From: Chitinophagaceae bacterium
GTDB lineage: Bacteria > Bacteroidota > Bacteroidia > Chitinophagales > Chitinophagaceae
Reading direction: 5' to 3'
Length of the DNA stretch: 53,267 nt
Assembly (NCBI GenBank): GCA_019455085.1
Contig: JACFNA010000002.1
Location: 1-53,267 of the forward strand
The notes beneath the pieces are model-generated. The model did not search any database. It was not told the origin of the DNA and saw only the letters and a list, made by a program, of their open reading frames with translations. Positions 20,667 to 29,838 of this stretch are shown here, piece by piece; positions within the stretch are counted from its first letter, which is position 1, and every line of letters starts with the position of its first letter. The position numbers were made by a program, and so were the translations under genes.

Positions 20667-21734
20667 TTGGCAAGGCATTTTCACAGAATAAGGGTCAGGA
20701 AAATCAACAAAGAAACATCAGAGTGTGTATCGATCGAGTTTGATATTCCGGAAGATAAAAAGGATTTATTTCAGTTTAAACAAGGGCAGAATATTACCAT
20801 AAAAAGCGACATCGATGGGGGTAGGAGAGCCTATTCCATTTGTAGCAGCCCTCTTGAAAACCGGTTGGCGGTAGCGGTAAAGCGTATCCCGAATGGGGTT
20901 TTCAGCACTTTTGCCCTGGAAAAATTAAGAGAAGGAGATGAGCTGGAAATTATGGAGCCCGCCGGCAGCTTCTTTACGGAGCTGGCGGTTGATCAGTCTA
21001 AATACTATGTCTTCTTCGCAGCCGGGAGCGGTATCACCCCTATAATTTCAATTATCAAAACGGTGCTCGCAACAGAGAAAGACAGCCGTGTGGCACTATT
21101 CTACGGAAATAAAAGCGTCTCTAGCATTATTTTCAAAGACGAGCTGGAAGCCCTAAAAGACCGGTATATGGATAGGTTTGCCCTGACATACATCCTAAGC
21201 AGAGAACAGACAGACTCACCCCTCAATACCGGGAGAATTGATAATGAAAAACTACAACTACTCGATCCTTTGTTCGATTTCAGCAAGGGAGATGAGTTTT
21301 TCGTCTGTGGCCCTGAAGCAATGATTTTTACAGTAAGAGATTATCTGAAAGAAAAAGGAATTGCTGCGTCAAAAATTCATTTCGAACTCTTCAACACTCC
21401 GGTAGCAGAGGAAAAGAATCAGGAACAAAAACCGGAAACTAAAGCAACCAGCCAGGAAAGTGCCGTCTCAATCACTGTGGATGGCAGGACTTACGATGTG
21501 GAAGTTCCCTACGACCGCCCCACTATACTGGATGCAGGCTTAGATATGGGCATCGATTTGCCCTATTCCTGTAAAAGCGGAGTATGCACCACCTGCCGGG
21601 CCAAACTATTGAAAGGTGAAGTAGAGATGGACTGTAATTACGGACTTGAAGACTACGAAGTGGAGCAGGGGTATATCCTTACCTGCCAGTCGCACCCCCG
21701 CACTCCTGAATGTGAGGTGGACTACGACCAGTAA
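20667..21734 (+). CDS. paaE: Phenylacetyl-CoA 1,2-epoxidase reductase subunit (FAD/NAD-binding plus 2Fe-2S ferredoxin)
   Basis: RAYSICS, AAGSGITP, VCGPEAM and PYSCKSGVCTTC...LTCQS. TTG start, with TAATTTTG at 20642-20649. Confidence 0.92.
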   Translation: MARHFHRIRVRKINKETSECVSIEFDIPEDKKDLFQFKQGQNITIKSDIDGGRRAYSICSSPLENRLAVAVKRIPNGVFSTFALEKLREGDELEIMEPAGSFFTELAVDQSKYYVFFAAGSGITPIISIIKTVLATEKDSRVALFYGNKSVSSIIFKDELEALKDRYMDRFALTYILSREQTDSPLNTGRIDNEKLQLLDPLFDFSKGDEFFVCGPEAMIFTVRDYLKEKGIAASKIHFELFNTPVAEEKNQEQKPETKATSQESAVSITVDGRTYDVEVPYDRPTILDAGLDMGIDLPYSCKSGVCTTCRAKLLKGEVEMDCNYGLEDYEVEQGYILTCQSHPRTPECEVDYDQ

Positions 21735-21909
21735 TAAAATCAGTTGCTGTTTGGAATGGGTAAAATGCAGAACAGCACTGCAAACGATTTTTTCCCTAAT
21801 GAGATGTGTCTGCTAAGACCACTTCCATAATTACATTCTCCACCTGACAGGTATTGGCCAAATGCTCTCACTGAAAAATCTTACCTTGTAAGTGGAAATT
21901 GCAAATAAT

Positions 21910-22878
21910 ATGGACACAGAAGCGCTTCAGCAATCTTTTAATGAAAAGATAGATAAAGACATCAGGATAGAGCCCAAAGACTGGATGCCCGCAGACTACC
22001 GCAAGACGCTGATAAGACAGATCGGCCAGCACGCTCATAGTGAAATTGTGGGGATGCTGCCGGAGGCTAACTGGATAACCCGCGCACCCACCTTGCGGCG
22101 AAAGTGTATCCTGATAGCTAAAGTACAGGACGAAGCCGGGCATGGTTTGTATCTGTATTGCGCTGCGGAAACACTCAACATTACCCGCGAAGAAATGACG
22201 GAGCAGCTACTAACCGGCAAAGCAAAATACAGTTCCATCTTCAACTATCCTACCTTATCATGGGCAGACATGGGTGCCATCGGCTGGCTGGTGGACGGCG
22301 CGGCTATCATCAACCAGATTCCGCTGTGCCGCACATCGTACGGCCCTTATGCACGTGGGATGGTGCGTATTTGTAAAGAAGAAAGCTTTCACCAGCGACA
22401 GGGATTTGATATCCTTCTTTCATTATGCCGTGGCTCAGAAGCACAAAAAGCAATGGCACAGGATGCGCTTAACCGCTGGTGGTGGCCCAGCCTGATGATG
22501 TTTGGCCCCCGCGATGCCGATTCACCACACACCATACAAAGTATGAAGTGGAAGATCAAGCGATTCACAAACGATGAATTGCGCCAGAAGTTTGTCGATA
22601 TGTGTGCCCAGCAGGTGGAGGTGCTCGGGCTACAGATTCCCGACCCCGAACTGAAGTGGAATGAAGCACGCGGGCACTATGACTTCGGTGAAATACACTG
22701 GGACGAATTCTGGAACGTAGTAAAGGGGAATGGTCCCTGCAACAAGGAAAGAATAGCGGCAAGAACCAGGGCGCATGAAGAGGGTGAATGGGTAAGACGG
22801 GCTGCGCTGGCTTACGCACAAAAACAAAAATCAGGAATTTCTGAAAGTCAAACCGCAAAAGCAACTATAAAAGAATAA
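21910..22878 (+). CDS. paaA: Phenylacetyl-CoA epoxidase subunit A
   Basis: [30 protein letters not shown] and [11 protein letters not shown]. The start could be GTG 21892. Confidence 0.97.
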   Translation: MDTEALQQSFNEKIDKDIRIEPKDWMPADYRKTLIRQIGQHAHSEIVGMLPEANWITRAPTLRRKCILIAKVQDEAGHGLYLYCAAETLNITREEMTEQLLTGKAKYSSIFNYPTLSWADMGAIGWLVDGAAIINQIPLCRTSYGPYARGMVRICKEESFHQRQGFDILLSLCRGSEAQKAMAQDALNRWWWPSLMMFGPRDADSPHTIQSMKWKIKRFTNDELRQKFVDMCAQQVEVLGLQIPDPELKWNEARGHYDFGEIHWDEFWNVVKGNGPCNKERIAARTRAHEEGEWVRRAALAYAQKQKSGISESQTAKATIKE

Positions 22879-22882
22879 ACTT

Positions 22883-23161
22883 ATGGAACAACCACTTTGG
22901 GAAGTATTTATCAGAAGCCGCCAGGGGCTCGATCACAAGCATGTAGGCAGCCTGCATGCCGCGGATGCTAAAATGGCTATCGAAAGCGCGCGCGACGTAT
23001 ATACCCGCCGGATGGAAGGGGTGAGTATTTGGGTAGTAGAATCAAAGCATATCCATGCATCCAATCCGGAAGAAGCGGGCAGCTTTTTCGATCCTGCCGA
23101 AGATAAAATATACCGGCATCCGACTTTTTATAAATTACCCGATGAGGTAGAATATATGTAA
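22883..23161 (+). CDS. paaB: Phenylacetyl-CoA epoxidase subunit B
   Basis: PLWEVFIRS, HVGSLHA, ARDVYTRR.EGVSIWVV and YRHPTFY. Confidence 0.97.
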   Translation: MEQPLWEVFIRSRQGLDHKHVGSLHAADAKMAIESARDVYTRRMEGVSIWVVESKHIHASNPEEAGSFFDPAEDKIYRHPTFYKLPDEVEYM

Positions 23162-23167
23162 TTACCT

Positions 23168-23941
23168 ATGCACGGAGACAACACAACTGACTATCTATTG
23201 TTCCTCGCCGACAGCTCACTGATAATGGGGCAACGGCTTAGCGAATGGACCGGCCACGGACCCATGCTGGAGCAGGATATCGCCATTACCAACATCTCGC
23301 TCGACACCATAGGGCAGGCCCGATATTTTTATCAGTTAGCCGCAAAAAGGCAGAATGAAAAGGCCGGTGGCTCCGAAGTCACTGAAGACACACTGGCTTA
23401 CCTGAGAGACGCCCATCAATACAGAAACTTGCTTCTGACCGAACTGCCCAACGGCGACTGGGGACAGACCATCCTCAAAATATACTTCTATGCCAACTGG
23501 CAAAAACTGATTTATGGCAAATTGATTTACACATCAGATAAAGACATAGCGGCTATAGCCGATAAAGCCCTCAAAGAGGTGCAATACCATGTAAACTGGA
23601 GCAGTGATTGGGTGAAGCGACTGGGCGACGGTACTGCAGAAAGCCATGAAAGAATGGAAAGAGCGCTCGAATACCTCTGGCCCTATACCGGAGAAATGTT
23701 TATGGAAACCGACTACGAAAGCCCGCAATTTGAACGAGACAAAGACTTTTCTTTAGATACTATCAGGAAGGAATGGACAGAAGAGGTGTATCACACCTTA
23801 CAGGAGGCTACACTTACGCTGCCACAAGCCGATACCTTCATGCACAAAGGAGGCAAAAAGGGTGTACACACCGAATATCTCGGATATATCCTGGCTGAAA
23901 TGCAATTCTTGCAAAGAGCCTATCCGGGATGCGAATGGTAA
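23168..23941 (+). CDS. paaC: Phenylacetyl-CoA epoxidase subunit C
   Basis: QRLSEWTGHGP.LEQDIA, KEVQYH, RLGDGT.ESH and EMQFLQRAYPG.EW. Confidence 0.96.
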   Translation: MHGDNTTDYLLFLADSSLIMGQRLSEWTGHGPMLEQDIAITNISLDTIGQARYFYQLAAKRQNEKAGGSEVTEDTLAYLRDAHQYRNLLLTELPNGDWGQTILKIYFYANWQKLIYGKLIYTSDKDIAAIADKALKEVQYHVNWSSDWVKRLGDGTAESHERMERALEYLWPYTGEMFMETDYESPQFERDKDFSLDTIRKEWTEEVYHTLQEATLTLPQADTFMHKGGKKGVHTEYLGYILAEMQFLQRAYPGCEW

Positions 23942-23961
23942 AAACACAATGCTAAAGCAGA

Positions 23962-24462
23962 GTGACAATGGAAACAGAAACACGCGATATTACTATAACA
24001 GATATACGTAAATTATTGGATGAGGTAACAGATCCGGAAATTCCCGTAATATCCATACATGATCTTGGCGTGTTGAGAGATGTAAGAAAAGAAGGGGACA
24101 CCTTCGTCATCACCATCACACCCACCTACAGCGGATGCCCGGCGATGGATATGATCACGCTCAACATTCATGGAAAACTAAGGGCACACCATATCCCCCA
24201 TTTCAAAGTAGAGACACAATTAGCCCCGGCCTGGACAACCGATTGGATGACCGATGAGGGAAAAAGAAAACTAAAGGAATTCGGGATTACTCCCCCAATG
24301 GGTAGCAAAGGAAGCGAAGACCTGATCAATCGTCACCCGCCTTGCCCTTTCTGCAATTCAGAAAACACAGAACTTGTCAGCGCCTTTGGCTCTACGGCCT
24401 GTAAAGCCCTGTTCAGGTGCAGGGACTGCTCCGAGCCATTTGATTATTTTAAGTGTCATTAA
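23962..24462 (+). CDS. paaD: Phenylacetyl-CoA epoxidase subunit D (Fe-S assembly-like)
   Basis: DPEIPV.SI.DLG, TPTYSGCPAM, PAWTTDW, FGSTACK and EPFDYFKCH. The start may be ATG 23968. Confidence 0.95.
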   Translation: MTMETETRDITITDIRKLLDEVTDPEIPVISIHDLGVLRDVRKEGDTFVITITPTYSGCPAMDMITLNIHGKLRAHHIPHFKVETQLAPAWTTDWMTDEGKRKLKEFGITPPMGSKGSEDLINRHPPCPFCNSENTELVSAFGSTACKALFRCRDCSEPFDYFKCH

Positions 24463-24664
24463 TCAACCCTGATGGTGTAGCCGCCTGCCCATCCCCATAT
24501 CAAAAGAGGATTTTCTACTGGTTTTCTCTCTATGACGGGTACACCCCCGTACATCTCGACCACCTGACACTAATCTATCCTCGCCAATCGGGCTGGCTGC
24601 CCAACCCCGAAAATGTGGAATACTTTTTATCACTTTACTCACCCTGGCCACCATGGGTTTTATG

Positions 24665-24672
24665 TAAATTTG
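24665..24672 (+). promoter_or_regulatory. Sigma-A -7 element TAAATTTG, 4 nt before the uvrD ATG
   Basis: Matches TAnnTTTG. Confidence 0.6.
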
Positions 24673-24676
24673 TCCA

Positions 24677-26980
24677 ATGCAGAACTATTTAGAGGAGCTG
24701 AATGACGCCCAGAGAGAAGCCGTACTACACAGAGATGGACCCATTATGATTGTGGCCGGAGCCGGAAGCGGCAAAACCAAGGTACTTACCACGCGAATTG
24801 CACACCTGTTGGCCAATGGGGTGGATGCCTTCAGGATTCTGGCGCTTACTTTTACCAATAAAGCTGCCGCCGAAATGCGCGAGCGCGTGGAGAAAATGCT
24901 GGGCAACAACCAGGCCCGCAACCTGTATATAGGCACCTTCCACTCCGTATTTGCACGGATACTTCGGGCCGAAGCAGAGAAATTGGGTTACCCCAAAAAC
25001 TTTTCTATTTACGATACTGATGATGCCAAAAGTGTGATCAAGACAGTAATAAAAGAAATGGGGCTAAATGATAAGACATATAAACCATCTATCGTATATA
25101 ACCGGATTTCCGGCGCTAAAAACAGCCTGATTACCCCTGAAGAGTATCAGAACGATCCCGTAATTCAAAGCCATGATGCCAAGGCTTTTCGTCCACTCCT
25201 CGGAAAGATCTATGCGGCTTATGCTGAACGTTGTTTCCGAAACGGAGCAATGGACTTCGACGATTTGTTGCTCAAATTTTACCAACTGCTCACCACCTTT
25301 CCGGAGAGCCTGAGTAAATATCAGCGCAAATTTCAGTACATCATGATTGATGAATATCAGGACACCAACAATGTACAATATCAAATCATAAAGCTGTTGG
25401 GGGCCATGCATGAAAATGTAGCCGTGGTGGGCGATGATGCACAAAGTATCTACAGCTTTCGCGGTGCCACAATCGAAAACATTCTTCGCTTTCAGAAGGA
25501 TTATGAAGACGCCAGGGTGGTGAAGCTGGAGCAGAATTACAGAAGCTCACAAAACATCCTCAATGCCGCCAACGTGGTAATCACAAAAAATAAAGGACAG
25601 ATCCCGAAAAAGTTGTGGACAAGCAATGTCGTGGGAGAAAAAATAAGGCTGGTGGAAACAGCCAGCGACAGTGATGAGGGGAAATTTATCGCAGACCAGA
25701 TTCAGGAGCAAAAGCTGCGCAATCACTTTCTGAACAAAGACTTCGCCATACTCTACAGAACTAATGCCCAGAGCCGGAGTTTCGAGGAGAACCTCCGCAA
25801 AATGAATATTCCATACAGGATTTATGGTGGCATCAGCTTCTATCAGAGAAAGGAAATCAAAGATTTTCTGGCATACCTGAGAGTAATAGTCAACCCAAAT
25901 GATGAAGAGTCGCTAAAGCGTATTATTAATTATCCGGCTCGTGGTATTGGTAAAACTACAGTAGAGAGGGCGGTGCTCTTTGCAAACGAAAACAACCTGT
26001 CGTTGTGGGATACACTGCGTAATTCTGCACAATCAGGATTGAAGGGGGCATCTGCCGGTGCTATCAAAGACTTTGTGCTAATGATAGAAATGTTTGCCAG
26101 TGAGATGGCCAGGAAAGACGCTTATGATCTTGCAGTACTTGTAGGCAAGCATACCGGATTAATGAAAGAACTCTTTAGCGATAAGACCACAGAGGGGCTT
26201 GTCCGTTATGAAAACGTGCAGGAACTGATGAATGCGATTAAGGAGTTTTCCATGACGCCCACCGAGGATGGAGAATTGCTCGACAAAGGGTTGGGGAGTT
26301 ATCTGCAACAGATAACCCTGCTTACCGATGCTGACGACGACGACGGTGACTCCAATGTAGTAAAATTGATGACTATCCATGCGGCAAAGGGCCTTGAGTT
26401 TCCCGTAGTGTTTGTCGTTGGCCTGGAAGAGAACTTGTTCCCCAGTGGGATGTCGATCAATACACTTGAGGAGCTGGAAGAAGAACGCCGTTTATTTTAT
26501 GTAGCGATTACGCGGGCCAAAACAAAGCTTTATCTAACATATGCGGACACACGTTACAGATTCGGTAATCTGATACTCAATGATCCCAGCCGTTTTGTAG
26601 AAGAACTTCCAAAAGATCAGATAGAACGTACTGCCTTTGGCCCCCGGCGCGAACAACCCTTCTCCCGCAGGGGTTCTTCGTATGGAGCCGCCGCAATTGC
26701 AGAACGCAGATACGGTCCTCCTCCACAAAAAGAAAAGCCGGTTTATACAGTTGCCAAACCCTCTACTAAACTTACTGAGCATGAGCCCTCGGCGGGTTTT
26801 GCCCCTACAGACGTAAACCTTTTGGATGTAGGTTCCCGAATCGAACACCAGCGTTTCGGATTCGGAGAGATCACAAAACTGGAAGGCGCCCCTCATAATC
26901 GGGTTGCTACAATCCGTTTCGATTCAAACGGCGAAAAAAAGATAATGCTGAACTATGCTAAACTGATGCTCGTTCAATAA
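24677..26980 (+). CDS. uvrD: ATP-dependent DNA helicase UvrD/PcrA
   Basis: AGAGSGKT, IDEYQDTN, VGDDAQSIYSFRGA, LEQNYRS, MTIHAAKGLEF, EERRLFYVAITRA and a C-terminal Tudor-like domain. Confidence 0.96.
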   Translation: MQNYLEELNDAQREAVLHRDGPIMIVAGAGSGKTKVLTTRIAHLLANGVDAFRILALTFTNKAAAEMRERVEKMLGNNQARNLYIGTFHSVFARILRAEAEKLGYPKNFSIYDTDDAKSVIKTVIKEMGLNDKTYKPSIVYNRISGAKNSLITPEEYQNDPVIQSHDAKAFRPLLGKIYAAYAERCFRNGAMDFDDLLLKFYQLLTTFPESLSKYQRKFQYIMIDEYQDTNNVQYQIIKLLGAMHENVAVVGDDAQSIYSFRGATIENILRFQKDYEDARVVKLEQNYRSSQNILNAANVVITKNKGQIPKKLWTSNVVGEKIRLVETASDSDEGKFIADQIQEQKLRNHFLNKDFAILYRTNAQSRSFEENLRKMNIPYRIYGGISFYQRKEIKDFLAYLRVIVNPNDEESLKRIINYPARGIGKTTVERAVLFANENNLSLWDTLRNSAQSGLKGASAGAIKDFVLMIEMFASEMARKDAYDLAVLVGKHTGLMKELFSDKTTEGLVRYENVQELMNAIKEFSMTPTEDGELLDKGLGSYLQQITLLTDADDDDGDSNVVKLMTIHAAKGLEFPVVFVVGLEENLFPSGMSINTLEELEEERRLFYVAITRAKTKLYLTYADTRYRFGNLILNDPSRFVEELPKDQIERTAFGPRREQPFSRRGSSYGAAAIAERRYGPPPQKEKPVYTVAKPSTKLTEHEPSAGFAPTDVNLLDVGSRIEHQRFGFGEITKLEGAPHNRVATIRFDSNGEKKIMLNYAKLMLVQ

Positions 26981-27003
26981 CAACACCTTTTCATCCCAAA
27001 AGC

Positions 27004-27378
27004 ATGAGAATCACACCGGACAATAAGCTTAAGCGACTCATCATTATAGGCGACAGGGTATTAATAAGACCACATAGGCCCGAAGAACGGACATCTACCG
27101 GCCTCTATCTGCCTCCCGGTGTCTATGAAAAAGAAAAAGTACAACAGGGGTATGTATTAAAAACAGGCCCGGGATATGCAATCCCTACCCCTGTAGAGGA
27201 GGAGGAATCATGGAAACCCGAAGAAGAACAGGTCAAATATATTCCACTCCAGGCACGCGAAGGCGATCTGGCCATCTTTCTTGTGAGCGGCGCCACCGAA
27301 GTGATGTACGAAGGCGATAAGTATTTCATTGTCCCACAGAGTGCCATACTGATGCTGGAAAGGGAAGAAGAGATGTGA
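27004..27378 (+). CDS. GroES-family co-chaperonin-like protein (no adjacent groEL)
   Basis: GDRVLI, RTSTGLYLP, G.V.KTGPG and EGD.AIF...ILM follow the Cpn10 pattern, with an acidic insertion. Confidence 0.8.
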   Translation: MRITPDNKLKRLIIIGDRVLIRPHRPEERTSTGLYLPPGVYEKEKVQQGYVLKTGPGYAIPTPVEEEESWKPEEEQVKYIPLQAREGDLAIFLVSGATEVMYEGDKYFIVPQSAILMLEREEEM

Positions 27379-27914
27379 GGGGGTTTGATCGATTTCCCGC
27401 TTTTATTTTTCCTTTTTCTAAATACCCATTCATTCAGGCGTTTACCACAACTAATCAGAGAATTTAAATTCACAATAAATTCTTTATGAAAACACTGCTT
27501 AACCCCTCGGTATTGAGCACACAATCCACATAAGGCAATACAATTAACCGGGGTTGACACTAAGAAAACTGAGTAAAGAATTGCCTGAATTTAAGGCGTC
27601 AAAATAACCTTTTTAATACGCTCTTCATAAAACAGTACTTTCATGTTGCTTCATTGATTTTTTCCTTTGGATTAAAAGTAAAAACTAGCAACAGTCTGTA
27701 TGCTGCGTTGAAAAATCAAAGAAAAAATTTTAAATAATAAAACATTTATCTATTTTTACAATGCATCACGAATCCTTTAAATAGGTACCAACCGAGCAGT
27801 GAACGCCACGGTGGTGAACGATGCGGGCAGGAGATGCCAAAATTGTTCATACATTGTCTCTTTGACTCCGTATTGTTCCGTAATGCAGTTTATTAATAAT
27901 TTAAAAACTGTCAC

Positions 27915-29369
27915 ATGGAACCCAATCAAAAAAATTATCCTCACGGTTTTCTCTCAGAAATGGGCATCTTCGGTTTCGAAGAAATCGAACCATTGATTCT
28001 GTCAGCATTAGTTACAGAAGACCCTCTGTTGCTTATTGGTAAGTCTGGCACCGGAAAAACACACTTGCTTAATGGCCTTTCGGAAGCCCTGGGTTTAAAG
28101 CACCGCCACTACAATGCCAGTCTCATCTCGTTTGATGATCTTATTGGCTTTCCCTATCCCGCTGAAAACCGGGAAAGTATTAAGTTTCTACCCACCCCAG
28201 CCTCTGTATGGGAGGCAGAGTCCGTACTCTTTGACGAAATCAGCCGTTGCAAACCCGAAATCCAAAACAAGTTCTTTTCAATTCTCTATGAGAGAAAAAT
28301 TCTGGGTTTAACCCTTGAAAAATTAAGGTACCGATGGGCTGCCATGAATCCATTCGGGTTTGACGCAAACGAAAACGGTGAAAATTATAGTGGCTCAGAG
28401 CCTCTTGATCCTGCTCTTGCCGATCGGTTTGCTTTTATTATGGAAGTACCCGACTGGCGCGATCTTAAGCCTCATGAACAGGAGGCCATCATCAATTCGC
28501 TTTCCTCTTCGTCCAATACACGTATATATGAAGAGTTGAAAAATTTCATCCGCTCCACCAAACGGCGATTTGAGGAGGTGATAGCCAATCCTGATGCAGA
28601 GATTGCTTCCTATTGCCGCATTGTGGCCAGCCTGATCTCCGAAGCAGATTTCCGTTTTTCTCCCCGCCGCGCTAAACAGTTAGTCCGTAATATCTCTGCT
28701 CTCCTGTGTGTGGCAGGGGAACTGGGTTACGACACTTCCGACAAAAAGAGGTACAATCTATTTAAACTGGCCCTCCGGAATAGCATACCCCAACGGTCAT
28801 ACGTTGAAAGTGTTCCCGATCACATACCCAATTCGGTACACAAAGAAGCAATAAGGATGATCTCCGAAACGAACAGAACGGATCGTTGGGTCTCGGAATT
28901 TCTGACAGATAAATCAATACCCAGGTGTATCGAAAAACTTCTTGATAAAAAGGTAGATATACACACCAAAAGTATTGCTGTTATACAATACTTAAATAAA
29001 AGGTCTGCAGAACAAAAAGCACTGTTTTCCTTCGTACTGTTTCCGGCGGCATCTGAGTTGGGCCTATTGACCGAGGATGCATTGAGTATCATGGGAAACA
29101 TTGCAACCAGCATTTACGAAGTCAACGGTTCCATTAAATGGAATGAGACCCGGTATTCGTCAAATCATCCACAATGGTCCGAATGCCTTCAGGTTTTGGA
29201 TCGGATTCCCAAAAGTGAAAAAATGAAAAAGACCAGAGCCAGACAGCTTTTCCTCCATCTTATCTCTGAAAATATTATGATTTCCCCTCCCGAATTCCTT
29301 GAAAAGCAACTCGATGCCTGCTTTTCTAAAATGGAAGTACTCCTAAATACTAATGCGGAATTAAACTAA
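27915..29369 (+). CDS. MoxR-family AAA+ ATPase with C-terminal extension
   Basis: Walker A GKSGTGKT, Walker B VLFDEISR, sensor-1 WAAMNP, Arg-finger PLDPALADRF and sensor-2 SPRR. Confidence 0.9.
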   Translation: MEPNQKNYPHGFLSEMGIFGFEEIEPLILSALVTEDPLLLIGKSGTGKTHLLNGLSEALGLKHRHYNASLISFDDLIGFPYPAENRESIKFLPTPASVWEAESVLFDEISRCKPEIQNKFFSILYERKILGLTLEKLRYRWAAMNPFGFDANENGENYSGSEPLDPALADRFAFIMEVPDWRDLKPHEQEAIINSLSSSSNTRIYEELKNFIRSTKRRFEEVIANPDAEIASYCRIVASLISEADFRFSPRRAKQLVRNISALLCVAGELGYDTSDKKRYNLFKLALRNSIPQRSYVESVPDHIPNSVHKEAIRMISETNRTDRWVSEFLTDKSIPRCIEKLLDKKVDIHTKSIAVIQYLNKRSAEQKALFSFVLFPAASELGLLTEDALSIMGNIATSIYEVNGSIKWNETRYSSNHPQWSECLQVLDRIPKSEKMKKTRARQLFLHLISENIMISPPEFLEKQLDACFSKMEVLLNTNAELN

Positions 29370-29373
29370 TGTC

Positions 29374-29838
29374 ATGACAGAAATGAACCCAAACACGGCG
29401 GGGCCGGGTTTTGTAAACTATCTCCAAAATACCGGCGCACCACAAAGCCGCGTACGGGTAGAACATGTGAACTCCTCAATGCTAACTCCGGATATCATAC
29501 GCGGAGCAGAATACACAATAAACCTGAAGATACCTGACAACATAATGGATATTGAAAAGTGGTTACTCAACAAAGCAAAACGACTTAAGCTAAGCGATTG
29601 GCAGGAAATTGCAATCAGCCTGCACGTGCCTCAATCAAGAATGATAGCATTTCCGTATAAAACGAATAGCCATAATATTTATAGTGATTCAGATATTCTC
29701 TTTGCTGCTGCTATCCTGTCGCGAACCAGCGGGTGTAGTTATCTTCCGACAACCAGGGGGGTATTCACCAGAAAACGCCTTAACCGCTCATTAAAACTTA
29801 TCACTATCAATATTGACGCTTTCTATGAACTGGACTAA
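29374..29838 (+). CDS. Hypothetical protein (154 aa) within the MoxR-vWA-MetK operon
   Basis: ORF starts 4 nt after the MoxR stop and overlaps the start of the next gene. No recognised motif. Confidence 0.7.
   Translation: MTEMNPNTAGPGFVNYLQNTGAPQSRVRVEHVNSSMLTPDIIRGAEYTINLKIPDNIMDIEKWLLNKAKRLKLSDWQEIAISLHVPQSRMIAFPYKTNSHNIYSDSDILFAAAILSRTSGCSYLPTTRGVFTRKRLNRSLKLITINIDAFYELD

Noticed and set aside
24453-24692. 79-aa (+) and 63-aa (-) ORFs in the C-rich paaD-uvrD gap
   Set aside because: No recognisable motifs. The plus-strand ORF overlaps both neighbours and the uvrD promoter, and the minus-strand ORF has no supporting signals. No convincing RNA structure was found.
27123-27660. 145-aa minus-strand ORF and a possible degraded gene left of the MoxR operon
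   Set aside because: Mostly antisense to the groES-like gene. The upstream part is interrupted by a stop codon and resembles nothing I recognise.
27760-27914. SAM riboswitch upstream of the MetK-containing operon
   Set aside because: It lacks the SAM-I (AUC...GAU, GCAACC) and SAM-II core motifs as judged by eye; kept only as an unclassified structured leader.
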